Of a stretch of DNA of 64,000 bases, positions 28,906 through 39,500 are shown piece by piece (the first letter of the stretch is position 1; each line of letters starts with the position of its first letter). The stretch is taken from assembly GCA_965222605.1 (NCBI GenBank), contig OZ244960.1, positions 2,400,001-2,464,000 on the forward strand, given 5' to 3'. Source of the DNA: Candidatus Latescibacterota bacterium (GTDB taxonomy: Bacteria; Latescibacterota; UBA2968). Both the position numbers and the translations under genes were made by a program. Below the pieces are notes generated by a model, which worked only from the letters and a program-made list of their open reading frames with translations, did not search any database and was not told where the DNA came from.

Positions 28906-29514
28906 ATGCGCGATTCCAAATCGTCCAATTTTTCACATATTGAAGATATCCAAATCGTTGCCCGGGTTTTAGAAGGCAACACAGAGGCTTTTTCCGTGCT
29001 GGTTCAGCGACACCATGAACGCGTGTACAATACGGTTTACAGTCTCATTGGCGATCTCGACGAAGCCGACGATTTGGCGCAAGAAGCATTTCTCAAGGCA
29101 TTTCACGCCCTGAAACGATTTCGAGGGCAATCGCTATTTTCAACATGGCTGCACCGCATCGCTGTCAATTGCTGCTTAGATCACCTCAAATCCAGACATC
29201 GGCGCAGCTTTGTTTCTCTGGATGAATATCGAGAAAATTGGGACGCACCGCGCATCTGGACAGGTCAACCCCAAAATGCAGATGTGCGCGTTGAACGGCG
29301 AGAACTCCAGGAAATTCTCGAATGCGCCCTGAATGATCTATCGGAAGAATATCGCGTGACCTTCGTTTTGAGAGAAATAGAAGGTCTGGCCTACGAAGAA
29401 ATTGCCGAAATGCTCAAATGCTCGATAGGAACCGTTAAATCTCGCCTGTTTCGAGGGCGAACAAAACTCCGCGAAATTTTGCAGGTACAGTACGACAACT
29501 GGATTGAGGCGTGA
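28906..29514 (+). CDS. ECF RNA polymerase sigma factor (RpoE/SigW-like)
   Basis: ADDLAQEAFLKA, FSTWLHRIAVN, LREIEGLAYEEIA, GTVKSRLFRGR. Confidence 0.92.
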   Translation: MRDSKSSNFSHIEDIQIVARVLEGNTEAFSVLVQRHHERVYNTVYSLIGDLDEADDLAQEAFLKAFHALKRFRGQSLFSTWLHRIAVNCCLDHLKSRHRRSFVSLDEYRENWDAPRIWTGQPQNADVRVERRELQEILECALNDLSEEYRVTFVLREIEGLAYEEIAEMLKCSIGTVKSRLFRGRTKLREILQVQYDNWIEA

Positions 29515-29990
29515 ATATGGACGCAGACAACACCATTGACATCAACCGCGAATTGTTGTCGGCTTATCTCGACGATGCGCTTACAGAAGCAGAACGGACC
29601 AGGATTGAAATGCTGTTGCGCGTGTCCGACAGTCTCAGGCGTGAACTGGCCGAGATGGTACGGGTGCGACAACTATTTGCTGCCTGGTCTCCACCTGCAC
29701 CCGATCAATTTTTTGTGCGGCGTATAGATATAAAAGTCCGGGAAGAAATGGCGCGAATGAAGAACAGATGGGGGCTTCAAAAATTCGCCACTGCCGCAAT
29801 ATTGCTGATTTCTATTGGCTCTCTGGCATTTTTGACCCAACGCCTGGACAGAAATGTTGAACCTGTCACACTGGATGCTTTTTTGCAAGGGTCACTCGAC
29901 CGTGAGGTTCGAGAAGTTGCGAGTTTGACCGAAGATGATTTTTCCAAAGACCGCGTGCTCGACCTCGTCCTATCAGACAACACGCGTTAA
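29511..29990 (+). CDS. Transmembrane anti-sigma factor
   Basis: ELLSAYLDDALT..ER (zf-HC2-like fold without the His/Cys ligands) and one TM helix; overlaps the sigma gene. Confidence 0.75.
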   Translation: MNMDADNTIDINRELLSAYLDDALTEAERTRIEMLLRVSDSLRRELAEMVRVRQLFAAWSPPAPDQFFVRRIDIKVREEMARMKNRWGLQKFATAAILLISIGSLAFLTQRLDRNVEPVTLDAFLQGSLDREVREVASLTEDDFSKDRVLDLVLSDNTR

Positions 29991-30002
29991 AAGGTTTTTA
30001 TT

Positions 30003-30389
30003 ATGTTTATTTCTCGTTTCCGCTTTATATGCCTGATTGTATTGTGTTTTTTGATTGGCGCAGTGATAGGAACTGTTTACGAAAGTCTCGCGTCTGGTGA
30101 TTTTGGAAAGAAACGGGTGCGCATGTCTGAAATGGTGGCAAAACTCGACCTGTCAGATGATCAGAAAGCGCAACTGGACACGATCCTCGAGCAAGGGCGC
30201 AAATGTATGGTCGATATCAACACAACCTACCGCTCTGAGTTTGGAAAAGTGAGAAATACAACCCGCGCTCAAATTCAGAAAATTTTGACGCCTGATCAGC
30301 AAAAACAGTTTGATGAGATGATGGCCGAACAAGATGCTCGGCGGCGTCATCAGCGCAAAAACATGACCCCCGGCAATCAGGCCGAGTGA
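30003..30389 (+). CDS. Spy/CpxP-like periplasmic protein
   Basis: Hydrophobic N-terminus with LDLSDDQ and ILTPDQ (LTxxQ) motifs. Confidence 0.7.
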   Translation: MFISRFRFICLIVLCFLIGAVIGTVYESLASGDFGKKRVRMSEMVAKLDLSDDQKAQLDTILEQGRKCMVDINTTYRSEFGKVRNTTRAQIQKILTPDQQKQFDEMMAEQDARRRHQRKNMTPGNQAE

Positions 30390-30456
30390 AAAGAATTTTG
30401 TGCAAAAATAAGTGAGTAATTATTTACTTTCTTCAAAGATTTGAGAGGACGGAAGA

Positions 30457-31893
30457 ATGATAAAAAAAATAGCTAATTGCCGATGGTTCGTGCTGCTTTT
30501 TCTCGCGCTCTTTGCCTGTGGCGAAGAAGAAGCACAACAGGCAGGAGGACAAGGCGGACGTGCTGGACGTACTGGACGCGGTGGTGGTGCTGCTGCGCCC
30601 GTCAAGGTCGAGACTGTACAACGAGGGGATATTTCTGCATATATTCTCAAAAACACGACACTCGAAGCCGAAAGATGGATTGACGTTCGAGCACGCAGAC
30701 CGGGGCAGGTCATCGCGCTCCTGAAAGAAGAAGGCGATCCCGTACGCGAGGGTACTGTCCTGGCGCGGCTCGACGCCGACGCTGCCCAAATCAGTGTTGC
30801 ACAGCGAGAAATTTCCTATCGAGAAGCCGAACAGCGATATGAACGCGAAGATGCTTTATTTCAACGCAATCTGGGCAGCAAACAGACTTACGAAAATGCC
30901 AAAACCCAGTTCGCATCGGCCAAATCGCAACTCGAACAGGCCAAACTCGATTTGAGTTATACGACGATTAGAGCACCCATTGAAGGCATTATGACGCTGA
31001 GAAATATTGAGGTGGGCAATATGGTCACCAACAATCAAGTGGTGGCCTCTGTAGCCAAATTCGATCCCCTGCTTGCACGCATCCAGGTGACAGAAAAGGA
31101 CTTTGGTAAAATCATTGTAGGGCAGACTGCACGCATTACTGTTGAAGCCGCACCTGAAAGAGAATTTACGGGCACAGTAAAAATGATCAGCCCGGTGGTA
31201 GATCCCGAAAGTGGCACGGTCAAAGTAACCGTTGAGATACCCCGAATAGATGAAAGCCTGCTGCGCCCGGGAATGTTTGCCTCGGTTTATATCATCACGG
31301 AAACGCGAAGAAACACCCTCGTTATTCCCAAAAAAGCCCTCGTGCTCGAAGGGGAAGGCAACCAGGTATTTACCTTTGAAACCGATCCCGAAACTGGACG
31401 CGGGCAGGCGCAACGCAAGCGCATTGAAATTGGGTTTACTGACAGCGATCGTTTAGAGATTCTCAATGGCCTTTCCCAGGGAGAACAAGTCATTACCGTA
31501 GGTCAAGAAGGTTTGAGGCCCGGTTCTCCCGTGCGCCTCGTAGGAGAAGCCGCACCTCCCGCATTTGCCGGACGCGCTGGACGCGGACAAATGGATGAAG
31601 GTGGACAAGGTCGCGCTGGACGCGGACAAATGGATGAAGGTGGACAGGGCAGGCAGGGACGCGGACAAATGGATGAAGGTGGACAACAAGGTGGGGGCAG
31701 AGGGCAAGGTGGCGGTGATCCCACAGACCGCATGAAACGCATGATTGAGCGCTTCCCCGAAGTCAAAGCCGAATACGACAAGCGCGTAAAAAAGGATCCT
31801 GAACTCGCAACAAATATGGATAAACTTCGCTCTTTCATAGCTGAAATGCGAGAAAAAGGGTTAATACCAGCACGAGGCAGACGAGGTAATTAA
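30457..31893 (+). CDS. RND efflux periplasmic adaptor (lipoprotein)
   Basis: Lipobox LFAC, TTIRAPIEG, ISPVVDPESGT, LRPGMF; Gly/Arg-rich extensions at both ends. Confidence 0.92.
   Translation: MIKKIANCRWFVLLFLALFACGEEEAQQAGGQGGRAGRTGRGGGAAAPVKVETVQRGDISAYILKNTTLEAERWIDVRARRPGQVIALLKEEGDPVREGTVLARLDADAAQISVAQREISYREAEQRYEREDALFQRNLGSKQTYENAKTQFASAKSQLEQAKLDLSYTTIRAPIEGIMTLRNIEVGNMVTNNQVVASVAKFDPLLARIQVTEKDFGKIIVGQTARITVEAAPEREFTGTVKMISPVVDPESGTVKVTVEIPRIDESLLRPGMFASVYIITETRRNTLVIPKKALVLEGEGNQVFTFETDPETGRGQAQRKRIEIGFTDSDRLEILNGLSQGEQVITVGQEGLRPGSPVRLVGEAAPPAFAGRAGRGQMDEGGQGRAGRGQMDEGGQGRQGRGQMDEGGQQGGGRGQGGGDPTDRMKRMIERFPEVKAEYDKRVKKDPELATNMDKLRSFIAEMREKGLIPARGRRGN
31570..31686 (+). repeat. 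In-frame 39-bp tandem repeat, three copies (GRAGRGQMDEGGQ)
   Basis: GGACGCGGACAAATGGATGAAGGTGGACA at 31579, 31618 and 31657. Confidence 0.92.
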
Positions 31894-31898
31894 AACCT

Positions 31899-34800
31899 AT
31901 GAAACTCATTGAATTTTCGACCCGGCGACGGGTAACAGTAACGATGTTTGTGGCTGCGGCAGTACTATTTGGCACGGTGGCTTTTCAACGCCTATCGATT
32001 AACCTGCTGCCCGATATCACCTATCCCACCCTGACTGTGCGCACAGAATACGAAGGCACGGCACCCTCAGAGATGGAACGCTTAATCACCGAACCGATTG
32101 AGGGGTCTGTAGGTGTGGTAAACGGAGTTATTCGGGTAACCTCGGCCTCGCGCCCTGGCATATCGGATGTGGTTGTGGAATTCGCCTGGGGCACGGACAT
32201 GGATTTTGCTTCACTCGATATCCGAGAAAAGCTCGATCAGGTGCGCCTGCCACAGGACGTGAGAAAACCCGTGCTGCTGAGATTTGACCCTTCGCTCGAC
32301 CCGATCATGCGTATCGGCCTCTACGGCGACGAAAGCCTGATTTCGCTGCGCCTCCTGGCCGAAGAAGAAATTAAGCCCGAGTTGGAAAGCCTTGAAGGAG
32401 TCGCATCTGTGCGCGTCAATGGCGGGCTGGAAGAAGAAATTCAAGTTGAGATTGACCAGCCCAAATTAGCTGCATTGCGCATTCCACTGGCTCAGGTCGT
32501 CAACCGCTTAGCCCAGGAAAATGTGAACTTAACGGGTGGAGAACTTAAAGATGGCGAGGCAGAATACCTGGTTCGCACATTCAACGAATTTAAAACAATA
32601 GAAGAAATTCAGGATATTGTGGTGGGCCAGCGGCAGGGCACAGTTATCACATTAGCCGATGTGGGCAGGGTGATCCGAGGGCATCGCGAACGCAAGGTGA
32701 TTACGCGTATTGATCGGCAAGAGAGTGTTGAACTGGCCGTATATAAAGAGGGCGATGCCAATACGGTAACAGTTGCACAAGCTGTTAAAGAAGCCATCGC
32801 GCAATTCCGCCGGACATCTGGCGATTTGCTGGGTAATTCGCGTATGGAGGTCGTATCTGATCAATCGACATTCATTCGAGACTCGGTTTCCGAGGTCCTC
32901 AATACCGCTATTTTAGGCGGTTTTTTGGCCATCATCGTTCTCTATCTGTTTTTGCAAAGCCCCAAAAGCACGGGCATCATCAGCGTATCTATTCCCATTT
33001 CGGTTGTTGCGACATTTTTCCTGATGTACGCATCGGATGTGAGTCTCAATATCATGTCATTGGGTGGCCTCGCCCTGGGGATTGGCATGCTGGTTGACAA
33101 CTCAATTGTCGTACTCGAAAGTGTACAGCGTTACCAGGATAGGGGCATGAGTCTGCGTGAAGCGACCAATAAAGGGGGGGCTGAAGTGGGGCAGGCTGTG
33201 GTGGCTTCTACAATGACGACGATATGCGTATTTGTCCCCATTGTTTTTGTAGAAGGCATTGCCGGGCAGCTCTTTCGAGATCAGGCACTTACCGTGACCT
33301 ATTCGCTCGTCGCCTCCCTGCTCGTTGCCCTCACGGTCATACCCATGCTGGCTTCGTTGGAATTTTCATGGATCGGCGAATTTGCCGCCGTAGAAAAAAG
33401 AAAAAAGGAAAGTGGACACAAGGGAGGAGTAGAAGGCCCCGCCCGCATAATGGGATTGCTCGGGACGGTCGCGGGATGGCTCGGGCGCGGTATTCTGGCC
33501 TGTCTGGCACCTTTATTCTGGATTTTTGACAGGGTGATTGGACGAGCTTATCTCATCTATCCGCATATTATCCAGTGGGCACTCAAGCATCGCCTTGCTG
33601 TCATCGGGTCGGCAATAGCCCTCCTGGGCGGCACTGCGACACTTGGCAATAGATTGGGCAGTGAACTGATCCCTGAAATGAGCCAGGGAGCGTTCTCAAT
33701 TTCAGTTGAAATGCCGCTGGGCACGCCCCTTGCTGCGACCACGCAATCCATTCAAGCCATAGAGGGGATTGTTCGCAGCCAACCCGAAGTGCGCCTGGTT
33801 TACAGCATTGTCGGTACGCAATCGGCATCTGGGGGAAGCGGCGGAGAAGAAAGGGAAAATGTGGGCGAAGTCAATGTCGTACTCCACGAAGGCATTATTC
33901 GAGATCGCGAAATTGCCGTAATGGATCGCTTGCGCCAACTGATCCTGGAAATTCCCGCCGTGGATACAAAATTTACCCGCCCATCATTATTTTCGTCCCG
34001 CACGCCAATCGAAGTGGAAATCGCCGGTTATAATTTGGTGTCACTACAGACGATCGCCGGGGAAATGATGGCGCGCATGCAAACCATTCCGGGACTGACA
34101 GATATTAAAACAACGAGCGAGGGCGGTACACCCGAAGTGCAAATTCGGTTTAACCGCAAGCGCGTGGCGCAAATGGGTACGACGATCAATGCCATCGGTG
34201 AGATTCTCCGCAATCAGATCCAAGGAGAGGTTGCCACACAATTTACCCGAGGAGATCGGCGGGTCGATATTCGCGTCCGCGCCGAAGAGGAACACCGAAG
34301 CACGGTTGATGATTTGCGGCGGTTGATCATCAGCCCCAACAATGCCCCATCGCCCGTTCCTTTGAGCGTGGTCGCCGATTTACAGGTGGAAATGGGGCCT
34401 GCCGAAATTCGCAGAATTGACCAGGAGCGCGTGGCATTGATTTCGGCCAACCTGGTGGGTCGAAGTCTGAGTGCTGTCGTCGCAGACCTCGAACGCGAAA
34501 TTGATCGGATGGAGTTGCCCGCCGATTTTGCGATTAAAGTGGGCGGACAAAATGAAGAGCAACAGCGGTCGTTTAAAAGTATGCAATTGGCGATTGGATT
34601 GGCGATTTTTCTCGTATATCTGGTGATGGCATCGCAGTTTGAATCGCTCGTTCACCCTTTCGTGATCATGTTTGCCATACCTTTTGCGCTGGTAGGCGTT
34701 TTTGCCATGCTCCTCCTGACCGGGCAGACCATCAGTGTGGTCGTGCTCATTGGTTTGATTATGTTGGCTGGCATTGTCGTCAACAATGCCATCGTACTCA

Positions 34801-35174
34801 TCGATTATATCAACACGCTTCGAAGAGATGAGGGCATGCCCAAAATGGAGGCCATTGCAGAAGCGGGCAAAGTGCGCCTGCGTCCCATTTTGATGACCAC
34901 CTCGACAACCGTGCTCGGTTTGTTGCCCATGGCACTGGGCATTTTCAATTTTCAGCCCCTTGTCAAAAGCATCCGAGGCGCGTTGGACGGCATATTGTCC
35001 GGGCAGGTATTCACTGCGATCATGACTGTGGTGGGTATGATATTCCCGGTGGGACAGGGCGCTGAGATACGCGCGCCTATGGCTATTACCGTTATTGGCG
35101 GTCTGGTCGTATCAACGCTGGTGACCCTTGTACTGATCCCAACGCTGTATTCGCTAACCGACCGCAAGGAGTAG
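31899..35174 (+). CDS. RND efflux permease (AcrB/SwrC-like)
   Basis: 1091 aa; LPDITYP, GMLVDNSIVVLE, GIVVNNAIVLID, RLRPILMT, PMAITVIGGL. Confidence 0.95.
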   Translation: MKLIEFSTRRRVTVTMFVAAAVLFGTVAFQRLSINLLPDITYPTLTVRTEYEGTAPSEMERLITEPIEGSVGVVNGVIRVTSASRPGISDVVVEFAWGTDMDFASLDIREKLDQVRLPQDVRKPVLLRFDPSLDPIMRIGLYGDESLISLRLLAEEEIKPELESLEGVASVRVNGGLEEEIQVEIDQPKLAALRIPLAQVVNRLAQENVNLTGGELKDGEAEYLVRTFNEFKTIEEIQDIVVGQRQGTVITLADVGRVIRGHRERKVITRIDRQESVELAVYKEGDANTVTVAQAVKEAIAQFRRTSGDLLGNSRMEVVSDQSTFIRDSVSEVLNTAILGGFLAIIVLYLFLQSPKSTGIISVSIPISVVATFFLMYASDVSLNIMSLGGLALGIGMLVDNSIVVLESVQRYQDRGMSLREATNKGGAEVGQAVVASTMTTICVFVPIVFVEGIAGQLFRDQALTVTYSLVASLLVALTVIPMLASLEFSWIGEFAAVEKRKKESGHKGGVEGPARIMGLLGTVAGWLGRGILACLAPLFWIFDRVIGRAYLIYPHIIQWALKHRLAVIGSAIALLGGTATLGNRLGSELIPEMSQGAFSISVEMPLGTPLAATTQSIQAIEGIVRSQPEVRLVYSIVGTQSASGGSGGEERENVGEVNVVLHEGIIRDREIAVMDRLRQLILEIPAVDTKFTRPSLFSSRTPIEVEIAGYNLVSLQTIAGEMMARMQTIPGLTDIKTTSEGGTPEVQIRFNRKRVAQMGTTINAIGEILRNQIQGEVATQFTRGDRRVDIRVRAEEEHRSTVDDLRRLIISPNNAPSPVPLSVVADLQVEMGPAEIRRIDQERVALISANLVGRSLSAVVADLEREIDRMELPADFAIKVGGQNEEQQRSFKSMQLAIGLAIFLVYLVMASQFESLVHPFVIMFAIPFALVGVFAMLLLTGQTISVVVLIGLIMLAGIVVNNAIVLIDYINTLRRDEGMPKMEAIAEAGKVRLRPILMTTSTTVLGLLPMALGIFNFQPLVKSIRGALDGILSGQVFTAIMTVVGMIFPVGQGAEIRAPMAITVIGGLVVSTLVTLVLIPTLYSLTDRKE

Positions 35175-35175
35175 C

Positions 35176-35997
35176 ATGGATCAGAGCCAAAATGAAGCGT
35201 TTGTCGAATCGCTACAGAACTATTCGCTTTCAGAACTCGAAGATATTTATGCACACCTGGACCGCGACCTATTTCCAGAGCGATTCGATCAAGTCAGGGC
35301 CGAAATCGAAGCGCGCTTAAAGGACTTTGATTCAAAAGCTGCGGGTATAAGTGCGCTGACGGATCCACCAGGGATCTTGAGACGCCTCACGTCGAGCGCG
35401 ATTGATTTCTCCATGCAAGTGCTTGTTCCTTTTTTAATTTTTTTTCTCCTCAAAAGCGTTCTTTTTCCAAGCACCCCAACCGCAAGTGCCGGCGGTGGAC
35501 GAGGCGGCGGACGAGGTGGCGGTGGACGAGGTGGACGAGGTGGCGGTGGCGGCAATCAATCCGATGACCTCTGGTCAGACATCACGGGGTTTGTGGGAAA
35601 CGCGAAGGATATCGCTGTTGGATTGATCGAGGGAGACCCCGCGGCGCAGAGCCGGGCGATGCTTATCTGGAACGATTTTGGCATCATTTTGGTCATTTTA
35701 CTCGTTTTCCGAGTCTTCATGACCCTATCGGGATGGGCGCGCTCCGGGTTTACCCCTGGAATGCGCGAATTGGGTATTCGAGTCGAGCGCGTTGGGGGAG
35801 GTGTTCCAACCTGGTCACAGGCGGTGGGCAGATTTGTTCTACAGCCTCTGCTTTTTGTCGCAACACTGGGGCTTAGCGGATTTTGGGTGCTGTGGGATCG
35901 CGACAGCCGAGCACTTCACGATAAAATTCTCGGCACAAGGCTCGTTCGCGTGGTGCGTACCTGGGAAAAGGCAGAAGCTGAGAGAAGATTTGAATAG
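35176..35997 (+). CDS. RDD-family membrane protein with an RGG-rich loop
   Basis: RRL.S.AID, TPGM..LGIRV, RALHDKI.GT; GGGRGGGRGGGGRGGRGGGG at ~35491-35553. Confidence 0.8.
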   Translation: MDQSQNEAFVESLQNYSLSELEDIYAHLDRDLFPERFDQVRAEIEARLKDFDSKAAGISALTDPPGILRRLTSSAIDFSMQVLVPFLIFFLLKSVLFPSTPTASAGGGRGGGRGGGGRGGRGGGGGNQSDDLWSDITGFVGNAKDIAVGLIEGDPAAQSRAMLIWNDFGIILVILLVFRVFMTLSGWARSGFTPGMRELGIRVERVGGGVPTWSQAVGRFVLQPLLFVATLGLSGFWVLWDRDSRALHDKILGTRLVRVVRTWEKAEAERRFE

Positions 35998-36071
35998 AAT
36001 ATGTCAGTTATCCGAAACTTTTGGTCATGTGCTCTCGTCTAAACCCTCGAATTATCAGAGAAGGAGTCAGT

Positions 36072-36509
36072 ATGTATAGGCGGATGTATAAAGTGTGTTG
36101 TGTCGTGCTGGCAACCGCATTTTTTCTGGGGTGTTTGGCCCCTGTTGCCGAAGCGCGGTCTTTTTTTACTGCACGGCGCACATTGGGTGTCTTATTTCTC
36201 GGTGGCAGTGCGTTTATGGCCAAGCGCGCCATTGATTTTAAGCGCGATGCAAACGACAATTACGAAGCCTACAAGGCGGCGACAGATGCGCGGGAAGCCG
36301 AACGGCTTTTTAACCGCACAAGTGATCGAGACACCAAGAGCCAGATGAGTATTGGATTTTCCGCAATTTTGTTGATCAGTGGTTTGCGTTTGCTCATGCA
36401 CAGCGGCGTGGATGATAAAATGCCCAAAATTGATCGACGAATCAAAATTGATCTCAACAGTGATATTCGCAAAAAGTCTGTTGGGATTGTGTTAAAGAAA
36501 AAATTTTAA
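36072..36509 (+). CDS. Hypothetical membrane or exported protein
   Basis: AAGGAG RBS, signal-like N-terminus, two hydrophobic segments and a C-terminal Phe. Confidence 0.65.
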   Translation: MYRRMYKVCCVVLATAFFLGCLAPVAEARSFFTARRTLGVLFLGGSAFMAKRAIDFKRDANDNYEAYKAATDAREAERLFNRTSDRDTKSQMSIGFSAILLISGLRLLMHSGVDDKMPKIDRRIKIDLNSDIRKKSVGIVLKKKF

Positions 36510-36539
36510 TCATCAGTAATGGGCCATGAGGAGATTATT

Positions 36540-39500
36540 ATGAATCACTGGTGGACGCGCCGACTACAAGTCGGCCTTTTGGGGATTGCGATAATTTTAA
36601 TTACTATGTGGGGATGCGGACGCGAGCGCGTAAATCCAATTGACTCACAATATGAGGGTGAGGGCGGCGTAACTCTGAATTCGCCGGGCAATATTCGCGC
36701 CCAGGGCGGTATTGGGCGAATCACTTTGAACTGGAATCCGGTAAATAGCACCACCCTTGCGGGATACGGGATATGGCGGTCAACATCGGCTACGGCCGAC
36801 TTCGTGCTATTGCGCGGCGAATCATCTGTCCCCGACGTGACGACAGCACGGACGACATTTGTGGATTCAACAATAGATGTCAGTGTATCGAAAATATACT
36901 TGTACAAACTCAGCACCGTAGATGTAGATGGACAATCGAGCGAATTGTCCGCATTTGTGAGCGCAGAAGTCCTCGATGACACGCGCGCACCGGCTATGCC
37001 GGCAAATCTCGTCGCTATCACCGATGTCGATGGCAAACAGGTGACACTCGGCTGGTCAGCGCCAGAAAGTGATGAGGGTAATCAGGAATTGACCGGCTTG
37101 TCCGGGTACAGAATTTTCAGGATTAAAGATTCGCAGGGCAAACTCCAGATACAGGGTCCGGAAACAGCGCTGGTCGCACTCGCGACAGAACTGGGCATTG
37201 ACCTCGATAATCTGGGAGAACTATCCGACGATTTGAAAGATGTTTTTGTCGAACTTGGGACAGTGCCAGCCGACCAGACTTATTTTCTCGATACCGATGG
37301 GCTCGAAGCTGGCGTGCTTCACGTTTATGTGGTCATCGCTGTTGATTCAAGTGGCAACACAGGACCTCCAGCACTTACTTTAGTGATCATAAGCGCACCG
37401 GGCGCGAACCTGCCAGTGCCTGCTGGCTTGCGCGCGACGAAAAATGAACAGGCGCGCATTGTCATATCCTGGAATCCCGTGAATGATCCCAATTTGCTGG
37501 GCTATCTGGTCTTGCGGTCACAATCGACACAAGGCCCATTCACACCCGTAACAAGCGATACGCTCTTTACCACGGGGCAGACGACCTATGTCGATTCGCT
37601 CGTTGTAACCGATCAAGTGTATTTCTACAAAGTTCAAACCGTTGTGCAAGATCCTGAACTTGGACTATTGCGCAGTGATACTTCCACTTTCACCGACGGA
37701 CAGGCACTTGCCGATCAAAGTGCTCCTGGCGCGCCCTCAGATCTCATCATCAGCCTGGACGAGGCAAATTTCCAGCGGGTGATGCTGAACTGGACTACAC
37801 CTGTAACAGACAGAAATGGCAATGAGTTGACCGGACTGGCCTCCTTTGAAATCTACCGGTCACGCGATAACAATACATCCTTTGCGCTAATCGCCACAGT
37901 ATCGAGCGATCAAATGAGTTTTGTAGATACTTCTGTCGAATTACTCACGACGTATTTCTATGCAATCAGAGCATTGGATCAGGCCGGCAATGCCGGACCC
38001 CGGTCTCAGCCGATATCTGTGACGACCAAAGGATTTGCCATCCCGCGCAACGTGCGGGCAACTCCTGGTGTGCAGAAAATCACCTTGACCTGGACGGCGA
38101 ACACCGAGCCGGAATTAACGGGATATGAGATATTGCGCTTTGCAGATCCCACAGACGAAACACCTGACAAAACTTTCTCTTCTGTATTGACGACGTATGT
38201 GGATACCCCTGTCACTGCAGACCGCCCCTTTGTCTATCGGGTGCGTGCGGTTGGCACCGCCAATGTGAAGAGCGAATTGTCGCCCCCTGTCTCTGCCCAG
38301 GCCAATGAATCTGCTCCGGTTCTGGCAGCACCGCGCAATGTGCAGGCAAGAGGTGGGATTGGTCACATTACCATCACCTGGTCTGCCAATACAGAACCAG
38401 AACTGACCGGGTATCGCGTAATGCGCTATACAGACCCGGCACAGACAGTGGCCGAAGCGACCTTTGCGACCGTGCAGACGACTTATGTCGATTCGCCACT
38501 GATATCGGGACAGACCTATGTATATCGCGTACAGGCTGTCGGTACCAATAACGAAGAAAGCGAACGGTCACTCTATGCCTCCGCAACGGTCTCAGCCGAT
38601 CAGAGTCCTCCCGGCGCGCCCTCGGATCTCATCGTCAGTCTGGATGAGGCGAATTTCCAGCGCGTGCTTATCAGCTGGACAGCTCCCACGAGAGATAGCA
38701 ATGGCAATGAGTTGACCGGATTGACCTCCTTTGAAATCTACCGGTCACGCGACAACAATACATCCTTTGCGCTTATCGCCGCAGTATCGAGCGATCAAAC
38801 GAGTTATGAAGACACATCTGTCGAGTTATTGACGCGATACTTCTATGCGGTCAAAGCATTGGATCAGGCCGACAATGCCGGACCCCGGTCTCAGCCAGTA
38901 TCTGTGACGACCAAGGGATTTGCTGTGCCGCGCAACTTGCAAGCGACTGCTGGGGTGCAGAAAATCACCTTGACCTGGGCGGCAAATACCGAGCCGGAAT
39001 TGACCGGATATGAGATCTTGCGCTTTACAGATCCCTCACAAGAAACACCTGACAGGATCTTCTCTTCTGTGTTGACGACGTATGTGGATACACCCGTCAC
39101 AGCAGATCAGCCCTTTGTCTATCGGGTGCGTGCGGTTGGTCCCTCAAATTTGAAGAGCGAACTGTCGGCCTTTGCATCTGCACAGGCCATCGAGCCGCCT
39201 CCGGTTTTGGCAGCACCGCGCAATGTGCGAGCGACTGCTGGGGTGCAGCAAATAACCTTGACCTGGGCGGCGAACACCGAGCCTGAATGGACGGGATATG
39301 AGATATTGCGCTTTGCAGATCCCTCACAAGAAACACCTGACAGGATCTTCTCTTCTGTGTTGACGACGTATGTGGATACACCCGTCACAGCAGATCGCCC
39401 CTTTATCTATCGGGTGCGGGCGGTTGGTACCTCCAATGAGAAGAGCGAACTATCGGCCTTTGTCTCTGCACAGGCCATTGCGCCGCCTCCGGTTTTGGCA

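Noticed and set aside
31570-31686. 39-bp repeats as a mini-CRISPR array
   Set aside because: They are in-frame coding repeats with only ~10-nt variable parts, and no cas genes or leader are present.
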